From positions 9,918-33,917 of the forward strand of contig CP158972.1 in assembly GCA_040429635.1 (NCBI GenBank): a stretch of DNA of 24,000 nt, written 5' to 3'. Every line of letters starts with the position of its first letter. Positions within the stretch are counted from its first letter, which is position 1. The DNA comes from Tamlana crocina (lineage in GTDB: Bacteria; Bacteroidota; Bacteroidia; Flavobacteriales; Flavobacteriaceae). The notes under the pieces are model-generated. The model had not been told where the DNA came from and did not search any database. It saw only the letters and a program-made list of their open reading frames with translations. The translations under genes and the position numbers were made by a program. Positions 18,140 through 24,000 of the stretch are shown one piece after another.

Positions 18140-18147
18140 TATATTTG
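18140..18147 (+). promoter_or_regulatory. Candidate -7 box (TAnnTTTG) upstream of the beta-barrel protein gene
   Basis: tatatttg lies 26 nt upstream of ATG 18174. Confidence 0.35.
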
Positions 18148-18173
18148 CCCACTCAAATTTTAAATTAGGATAC

Positions 18174-18689
18174 ATGAAAAGATTCATTTTTTTAATCGCA
18201 GTATTAAGCGTTTCATTAGTTAACTCACAAGCCTTTACCGGTGCAAACGACAATAAATTTCAAGTGGGCGCCAACTTTCAAAACAATGGCACAGGCCTTA
18301 ACATAAGTTACGATTTTGGTATTGGCGAAAATATTTCTGTCGGTATATCGTCCACCTACCTTTTGGGCATCCATGAAAACCTAAAAAACAATGCAGATGA
18401 CGATTTAAACGCCGATTTCGATAACCGTTTTGATGTACGTGCCCGTTTTAACGCCAACTTGGGCAATGTGATAAATGTAGATGAAAACTTTGATGTGTAC
18501 CCCGGTTTAAGCCTCGGCCTTAAAAACTTTGGCGGACACCTTGGTGCGCGTTACTTTTTTACAGATGGTTTTGGTATTTATACCGAACTTAACGTGCCAT
18601 TGGCCAAATATAAAACCGAAAACCTAACAGCTCCCGAAAAATTGCACAACCAGTTTAGCATTAATTTGGGTACGGTTTTTAATCTATAA
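18174..18689 (+). CDS. Small outer-membrane beta-barrel protein, function unknown
   Basis: The start is set at MKRFIFLIAVLSVSLVNSQA, a signal peptide. The mature part shows alternating Gly/aromatic/Asn beta-strand-like segments and ends in LGTVFNL. Confidence 0.6.
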   Translation: MKRFIFLIAVLSVSLVNSQAFTGANDNKFQVGANFQNNGTGLNISYDFGIGENISVGISSTYLLGIHENLKNNADDDLNADFDNRFDVRARFNANLGNVINVDENFDVYPGLSLGLKNFGGHLGARYFFTDGFGIYTELNVPLAKYKTENLTAPEKLHNQFSINLGTVFNL

Positions 18690-18711
18690 GAAATTACATT
18701 CAAAATTATTG

Positions 18712-18747
18712 AAAGCGGATAGCCCATTGGTTTTATCCGCTTTTTTT
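18712..18747. terminator. Terminator between the convergent beta-barrel gene and recX
   Basis: Stem aaagcggata (18712-18721) / tatccgcttt (18734-18743) with a 12-nt loop, then a T-run. Confidence 0.7.
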
Positions 18748-18761
18748 ATGGGCATAAAACA

Positions 18762-19235
18762 CTACTGAATCAATTCAGAAGCTTTTTCATACACCAAATG
18801 CGATTCCCAGCCTCTATACAACAGATAATCGATTAATTTTTTGCGTTTCTTAAAAACGTTGCTCTCTTTTATGGAATTGGCTTTTTTTTCGGCTAAACCA
18901 TGGAAAACCTCGATGTACTCCGCATCCGAAATTTCTGCAAGTGCCTCATTTATATTAATTTTGCTTAGGCCCTTTTGCTTAAGCACATAAGCCATTCGGC
19001 CGCGCCCCCATTTCTTAATTCTAAACTTACCGCTTACAAATGTTTTGGCGTAACGCGACTCGTTAAGATAGTTATGCTCTAACAAATGGACCACAATCAC
19101 ATCGATGGCTTCGGGTATCATGTGCATGGCCACCAGTTTTTGCCGCACTTCTTGATGGCAGCGTTCTTGGTACGCGCAGTAGTGCTCCATTTTTTGGGTA
19201 GCTTCCTGTACCGTATATGTTTTTTTGGTTTGCAT
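18762..19235 (-). CDS. recX: RecX family regulatory protein
   Basis: The start is set at MQTKKTYTVQEATQKMEHYCAYQERCHQEVRQKL. The repeated helical RecX pattern is present (YLNESRYAKTFVSGKFRIKKWGR, LKQKGLS, LIDYLLYRGW). The ORF-track start at 19289 adds an implausible hydrophobic leader. Confidence 0.85.
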   Translation of the reverse strand: MQTKKTYTVQEATQKMEHYCAYQERCHQEVRQKLVAMHMIPEAIDVIVVHLLEHNYLNESRYAKTFVSGKFRIKKWGRGRMAYVLKQKGLSKININEALAEISDAEYIEVFHGLAEKKANSIKESNVFKKRKKLIDYLLYRGWESHLVYEKASELIQ

Positions 19236-19338
19236 AACAAGCCAAAAATAACAATTGTATTGAACAAAAAACAACATATATAAAACCAAATCTATCGTAT
19301 AAGGCTTTGCCTAAATAAAGATTTTAAACTTAACGGTT

Positions 19339-21768
19339 ATGAAAAACATTACTCTTATTCTTGTTGCCCTATTTACTTTTAATTTTGTGGGGGGGCAGAC
19401 CACTTTAGCTGAAGGCGATATTGCTATAACAGGTGTTATAGCAGACAACCCGGATGAATTTTCTTTTGTATTACTTACCGACATACTTGCTGGAACTGAA
19501 ATTCATTTCACAGATTGCGGTTGGTTTGCGACAGGCGGATTTAGAAATTACAATAGTTCCAATGGAAGAATTGGAGAAGGAATTGTCAATTGGACCGCCA
19601 CAACTGATTTATCGTGCGGTACAGAAATAATTATTACTGATACCGGTTCAAATACTCATTCAGCGACAAGTGGGGCTGCTTTAGAAGTTTCTGACACGGG
19701 TTTTAATCTTGCTAGTGCAGGAGATCAAATAATAGCTTTTCAAGGAACGACTGAATCCCCCGTTTTTTTGTTTGCTGTTCATTTTGGAAATGATGTCGGT
19801 TGGACTGATGTAACAGGAACTAATGACAGCGCTGTTCCAGCAGGCTTAACTGAAGGAGTAAATGCCGTTAATTTGGGTAATTTTGACAACAGTAACTACC
19901 AATGTACAGTTACAAGCAACCAAACATTAATTTTAGAAGCCGTTGCCACTGTAAATGCTACCAATTGGTATCAAACCAATTCTAATTCGGCAGTTAACCG
20001 ACCTACTCTTGGCGGTTGTTCTTATACCTGCGACGCCCCCGCAACATGTTTATCTACTGCAACATGGAATGGATCTTGGGTCGGCACTCCAGATTTAACA
20101 ACTGAAGTTACAATATCCGCTCCCTATAACACAGGCGTTGATGGTAGTTTTCAAGCATGCTCTTTAACCGTAGATTCTGGTGCGACCCTTACCGTTAACA
20201 ACGGCACATATATTGAAGTTGAAAACGATGTTACTGTTGACGATGCAAGCTTTATCAATGTTGAAAGCTCTGGTAACTTTGTTCAAAACGACAGCAACGG
20301 TACGTTCAACCTATTAGGCACAGGGCTTGGAAGAGTGATAAAGCAAACACCTCCAAAAGCCGCTTGGTACTATTATACGTATTGGAGCTCACCAGTAACT
20401 AATGAAACCATTGCTGACGCATTCCCGAATGTTGATGGCGACCGTCGTTTTTGGTTTAACGCAGCTAATTTTAACGATGGCAACGGCGATGATATTGACG
20501 ACAATAATAACGACTGGGACTATGCTTTGGGTGGAACAACAATGATTCCCGGAGTCGGCTATGCGTCAACAGAACCGAGATTTCACTTTCCTGGAGGAAC
20601 TGGAACAGCCACTTTTGAAGGCGAATTTAATACTAGAGATATTGATGTAAACATTGATTTAGACCCACTCAACCCCGGTATAAAATGGAATTTTATTGGC
20701 AACCCTTACCCATCAGCTATTGATTTTGTGGCCTTCCATGCTGCAAATTCTTCGGTACTTGAAGGTGTGGCCTATTTTTGGTCGCAGTCTACCCCTCCGG
20801 ATAGATCAAACCCCGGAAACCAAGAATTAAACTTTAGCAATAACGATTATGCAACTTTTACAGTTGGAACAGGTGGTGTAGCAGGTGGTGTAGCTTCCGA
20901 AATACCGACAGGTTACGTGGCCTCTGCTCAAGGTTTTTTCATTCCTGCCATAACGCCAGGAACGGCAACATTTACCAACGCCATGCGAATAGCGAATGGA
21001 ACAAGTAACACTCAATTTTTCAAAGGAGGCAATAAATCGAAAAGAACCAATGCCCGAAACCCTTTAGAAAACAGGTTGTGGGTAAACCTAACTTCGGATA
21101 ACGGCGTGTTTAATCAAATATTGGTTGGTTATGTTGACCATGCCTCCAATGAAAACGATGGACTCATGTACGATGCACCAAAGTTACTTACACCAGACCT
21201 CTCAACGGTATTTTATTCTTTGATGGATGATGATGCAACAAAATACGTTATTCAAGGAAAAGAGATAAATAGCATTAACGAAGATGAAACCATCCAACTT
21301 GGTTTTAAAACCAAAATCAACGTAGCCACACTTTACACCCTATCGATTGCAAAAATGGAGGGCGACTTTTTAAACAGCCATTCGGTGTTTGTAAAAGACA
21401 ACTTATTGAATAAAGTACACGACTTAACGGTTTGCGATTATACCTTTACTTCCGAAACGGGCGAATTCAATAACCGTTTTGAAATTGTATTTAAAGCCGA
21501 CGCGCTTTCAACCGCCAATGCTTTGGTAAACCCAAGCCAATTAAAAATCGTAGAACTTGAAAACGACAACGTACAGTTTACCGCTCCCAACGGATTAGGT
21601 ATTAAAACCGTATCGTTGTTCGATTTGTTTGGTCGCCAGCTTTACCAATTTAACGGTCAAAACGATAGCGAAGTGTTTAACCTATCTAACTTAAACAGTA
21701 CAGTGTTTGTGGCTAAGGTTGTGCTTTCCAATGGCACGGTTATTAGCAAAAAGGCGATAAAAAAGTAA
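19339..21768 (+). CDS. Secreted protein of unknown function with a T9SS type A C-terminal sorting domain
   Basis: It has the signal peptide MKNITLILVALFTFNFVGGQT. The last ~80 aa (VSLFDLFGRQLYQFNG...VFVAKVVLSNGTVISKKAIKK) fit the Por secretion tail pattern. Internal motifs YYYTYWSSPV and WNFIGNPYPSAIDF are also present. Confidence 0.8.
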   Translation: MKNITLILVALFTFNFVGGQTTLAEGDIAITGVIADNPDEFSFVLLTDILAGTEIHFTDCGWFATGGFRNYNSSNGRIGEGIVNWTATTDLSCGTEIIITDTGSNTHSATSGAALEVSDTGFNLASAGDQIIAFQGTTESPVFLFAVHFGNDVGWTDVTGTNDSAVPAGLTEGVNAVNLGNFDNSNYQCTVTSNQTLILEAVATVNATNWYQTNSNSAVNRPTLGGCSYTCDAPATCLSTATWNGSWVGTPDLTTEVTISAPYNTGVDGSFQACSLTVDSGATLTVNNGTYIEVENDVTVDDASFINVESSGNFVQNDSNGTFNLLGTGLGRVIKQTPPKAAWYYYTYWSSPVTNETIADAFPNVDGDRRFWFNAANFNDGNGDDIDDNNNDWDYALGGTTMIPGVGYASTEPRFHFPGGTGTATFEGEFNTRDIDVNIDLDPLNPGIKWNFIGNPYPSAIDFVAFHAANSSVLEGVAYFWSQSTPPDRSNPGNQELNFSNNDYATFTVGTGGVAGGVASEIPTGYVASAQGFFIPAITPGTATFTNAMRIANGTSNTQFFKGGNKSKRTNARNPLENRLWVNLTSDNGVFNQILVGYVDHASNENDGLMYDAPKLLTPDLSTVFYSLMDDDATKYVIQGKEINSINEDETIQLGFKTKINVATLYTLSIAKMEGDFLNSHSVFVKDNLLNKVHDLTVCDYTFTSETGEFNNRFEIVFKADALSTANALVNPSQLKIVELENDNVQFTAPNGLGIKTVSLFDLFGRQLYQFNGQNDSEVFNLSNLNSTVFVAKVVLSNGTVISKKAIKK

Positions 21769-21774
21769 ACTTTT

Positions 21775-21817
21775 CAAGACCTGATAGATTTTAAAAATCT
21801 ATTAGGTCTTGTTTTAT
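21775..21817 (+). terminator. Rho-independent terminator after the T9SS cargo gene
   Basis: 16-bp stem caagacctgatagatt / aatctattaggtcttg with one G-U position and loop ttaaa, followed by ttttatt. Confidence 0.8.
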
Positions 21818-22052
21818 TAAACACAACTAATTCTCACGTTACTCCTCAGAACTGTAAGGATTAAATAACTCGATGAATGTTTTTAAACCTGTAGTTTGCC
21901 AATTAGAGCGTTTTTAAGTGGGTTGGTAGTAGATTAACAACTCCACATCTCTGTGGCTCCCCTTAAGGGGCAATTGCTGTGTGTTCTAACTACACCTTGC
22001 TTTTAAAATAAGGATTCCTATGGTTTCGTATCTGACGCTTTTAGGTTATGAG

Positions 22053-22091
22053 TGGTGTCCCTTGAGGGGACTTTAGGGGTGTTTTTCAGTC
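22053..22091. repeat. Left terminal inverted repeat of the DUF559 cassette
   Basis: tggtgtcccttgaggggactttaggggtgtttttcagt contains the hairpin gtccc..gggac (22057-22071). It overlaps the last codons and the stop of the DUF559 ORF. Confidence 0.7.
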
Positions 22092-22447
22092 AATTCTTTT
22101 ACGGTTTCTTCAATAACCAACAGAACACTAAACATATTATTTTTGACCTCGTCGTTGGTAAACCTTAAAAACTTTACACCATAGGCTTCTAATTCGGCTT
22201 GTCGTTTTGCATCATACAAAAAGGAATGGTCATGACTTTTTCCATCAATTTCTATGGCCAAGCCGATTTCGTGGCAATAAAAATCGGCAATGTAGTTTAA
22301 CATAGGAACTTGTCGATGAAACTGAACACCAAACGCACGTTGTTTAATCTTTTGCCATAATAACACTTCTGGTAAGGTGCTATTTTTTCTTAACTGCCTT
22401 GCTAGTAGTTTTAACTTTGGGTTGTATGGAATTATTTTGTTTCTCAT
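22073..22447 (-). CDS. DUF559 / Vsr-like (restriction-endonuclease fold) domain protein
   Basis: ARQLRKNSTLPEVLLWQKIKQRAFGVQFHRQVPMLNYIADFYCHEIGLAIEIDGKSH...EAYGVKFLRFTNDEV is the characteristic DUF559 pattern (D...E-x-D/K core). Confidence 0.85.
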   Translation of the reverse strand: MRNKIIPYNPKLKLLARQLRKNSTLPEVLLWQKIKQRAFGVQFHRQVPMLNYIADFYCHEIGLAIEIDGKSHDHSFLYDAKRQAELEAYGVKFLRFTNDEVKNNMFSVLLVIEETVKELTEKHP

Positions 22448-22451
22448 TTTT

Positions 22452-22490
22452 TACTGACACCCCTGTAGTCCCCTCTAGGGGACATTTTAG
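22452..22490. repeat. Right terminal inverted repeat of the DUF559 cassette
   Basis: The reverse complement of tactgacacccctgtagtcccctctaggggacattttagc aligns with the left copy (tgtccc-t-gaggggact--aggggtgt...cagt). It contains the hairpin gtcccc tcta ggggac (22468-22483). Confidence 0.7.
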
Positions 22491-22561
22491 CTTGTTTGCG
22501 AATATTTTTTCTGTAAATATTTCAAACAATAGAATTTTTAAGGCAATTGATTTTTCAAGTC

Positions 22562-22585
22562 TGAGTAGTGTCCCCTGGACGGATA
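22562..22585. repeat. Partial third copy of the DUF559-flank repeat next to the polA stop
   Basis: gagtagtgtcccctggacgga resembles the left copy gagtggtgtcccttgagggga, at about 16/21 in direct orientation. Confidence 0.45.
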
Positions 22586-22598
22586 GGAATGTTAAAAC

Positions 22599-24000
22599 CT
22601 AATGCGCCTCCAACCAATCATTACCAGTCCCTAAATCAACATCCAACGGAACAGCAAGTTTATAGGCGTTTTCCATTTCGGTCTTTACTAGGCTTTTAAT
22701 GGTGTCGAGTTCGGGTTTGTAAACATCAAAAACCAATTCGTCATGTACTTGCAGTAACATTTTAGTTTTAAAATCGCCTTCATTCAATTTTTGGTGAATA
22801 GCAATCATGGCCAGTTTAATAATATCGGCAGCACTCCCTTGAATGGGGGCATTTACGGCGTTGCGTTCGGCAGCACCGCGCACCACGGCGTTTCTGGAAT
22901 TGATGTCCTTTAAATACCTACGACGGCCCAAAACCGTTTGCACATAACCATTATCGCGGGCAAAATCCACTTGGGTGCTGATGTATTTTTTAAGTTTAGG
23001 ATAGGTTTCGTAATAGGTGTCGATTAATTCTTTGGCCTCGCTTCGCGATAAATCCGTTTGGTTGCTTAGACCGAAAGCGGAAACCCCATAAATAATTCCG
23101 AAGTTTACCGTTTTGGCATTGCTACGCTGCTCGCGCGTTACTTCGGCAATAGGCACATTAAACACTTTTGAAGCTGTGGAAGCATGAATATCTTCGCCGT
23201 TTTTGAAAGCCTCAATCATGGTTTCTTCTTCACTTAAAGCGGCTATGATGCGAAGTTCAATCTGGCTATAATCGGCAGCCAACAGAATATAATCTTCATT
23301 TCTTGGCACAAAGGCTTTCCGCACTTGTCGGCCACGTTCGGTACGGATGGGGATGTTCTGTAAGTTGGGGTTGTTGCTACTTAAACGTCCCGTAGCGGCA
23401 ACCGTTTGCATGTAGTCAGTGTGTACGCGTCCCGTTGATGGATCTACCTGCAAAGGGAGTGCGTCCACGTAGGTGCTCTTTAATTTTGAAAGCCCCCTGA
23501 AATCCAAAATTTGCTGAATGATGTCGTGGTCTTTGGCCAAGTAGCTTAAAATATCCTCGGATGTGGCGTATTGTCCTGTTTTTGTTTTTTTTGGTTTATC
23601 CACCAATTTCATTTTTTCAAACAAAATGATGCCTAACTGCTTTGGGGAAGCAATGTTGAATTCTTCACCAGCAGCTTCATAAATGCTTTTTTCAAGACTG
23701 GCAATGTCGTTATTCAATTGCTCCGAAAGGGAGTTTAAAAAGTCTTTATCTAAATTGATGCCCTCCAATTCCATAGCGGCCAAGACGCGCAGCAACGGAA
23801 TTTCAATATCATCAAACAAGGTTTGCGTATTGGCCTCGCCCAATTCATTTTGAAAATGTTCTTTGAGCTGAAGGGTGATATCGGCATCCTCAACGGCATA
23901 TTCGGTTTGTTGTTCCAAAGGCACCTCGCGCATCGATAGCTGATTTTTACCTTTTTTTCCAATAAGGGTTTCAATGGAAATGGGCGTGTAGTTCAAATAG
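22599..24000 (-). CDS. polA: DNA polymerase I, C-terminal polymerase domain; 5' end outside the window
   Basis: Motif A is LLAADYSQIELRI, motif B is RSNAKTVNFGIIYGVSAFGL, and motif C is LQVHDELVFDV. The reading frame stays open to base 24000. Confidence 0.97.
   Translation of the reverse strand, partial: YLNYTPISIETLIGKKGKNQLSMREVPLEQQTEYAVEDADITLQLKEHFQNELGEANTQTLFDDIEIPLLRVLAAMELEGINLDKDFLNSLSEQLNNDIASLEKSIYEAAGEEFNIASPKQLGIILFEKMKLVDKPKKTKTGQYATSEDILSYLAKDHDIIQQILDFRGLSKLKSTYVDALPLQVDPSTGRVHTDYMQTVAATGRLSSNNPNLQNIPIRTERGRQVRKAFVPRNEDYILLAADYSQIELRIIAALSEEETMIEAFKNGEDIHASTASKVFNVPIAEVTREQRSNAKTVNFGIIYGVSAFGLSNQTDLSRSEAKELIDTYYETYPKLKKYISTQVDFARDNGYVQTVLGRRRYLKDINSRNAVVRGAAERNAVNAPIQGSAADIIKLAMIAIHQKLNEGDFKTKMLLQVHDELVFDVYKPELDTIKSLVKTEMENAYKLAVPLDVDLGTGNDWLEAH

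Noticed and set aside
21900-22060. Possible tRNA or other structured RNA gene in the spacer
   Set aside because: No cloverleaf could be drawn, and there is no GTTCRANYC-type T-arm or acceptor-stem pairing. Only isolated short hairpins are present.

Overview
This window looks like a chromosomal segment of a Flavobacteriia-type (Bacteroidota) genome. The lineage call rests on a T9SS C-terminal sorting domain, TAnnTTTG-type -7 promoter boxes, the lack of Shine-Dalgarno sequences, and an acidic lipoprotein export signal.

Gene order, left to right:
- TonB-dependent receptor (5' partial) with a surface GDSL/SGNH lipoprotein
- atpD-atpC
- umuC-umuD on the minus strand
- a sodium:solute symporter, split by a frameshift
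- a small secreted protein whose signal peptide sits in another frame
- a biotin cluster: bioF, a DUF2007/zinc-ribbon protein, bioD, bioA (split by a frameshift), a FabB/F-like ketoacyl synthase, and bioB
- a JmjC/cupin oxygenase
- a small outer-membrane beta-barrel protein
- recX
- an 809-aa T9SS cargo protein
- a DUF559 endonuclease-like ORF bounded by inverted repeats
- the 3' part of polA

No rRNA, tRNA, CRISPR array, transposase or prophage genes were seen.

The points most worth a second look:
1. The biotin cluster carries an intact Cys-His-His KAS I/II-type condensing enzyme where a pimelate-arm gene would be expected. It also carries an unexplained DUF2007/zinc-ribbon membrane protein.
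2. Short palindromic elements sharing a 23-nt core (21/23 identical, opposite orientation) sit in frame inside bioF and the KAS gene. Related hairpin repeats fill the neighbouring spacers.
3. Three separate apparent 1-nt deletions break otherwise intact genes. These are either true pseudogenes or systematic indel sequencing errors.
4. The DUF559 ORF is framed by roughly 35-bp terminal inverted repeats, like a small mobile cassette.

All functional calls come from reading motifs in the supplied translations. No database search was run.
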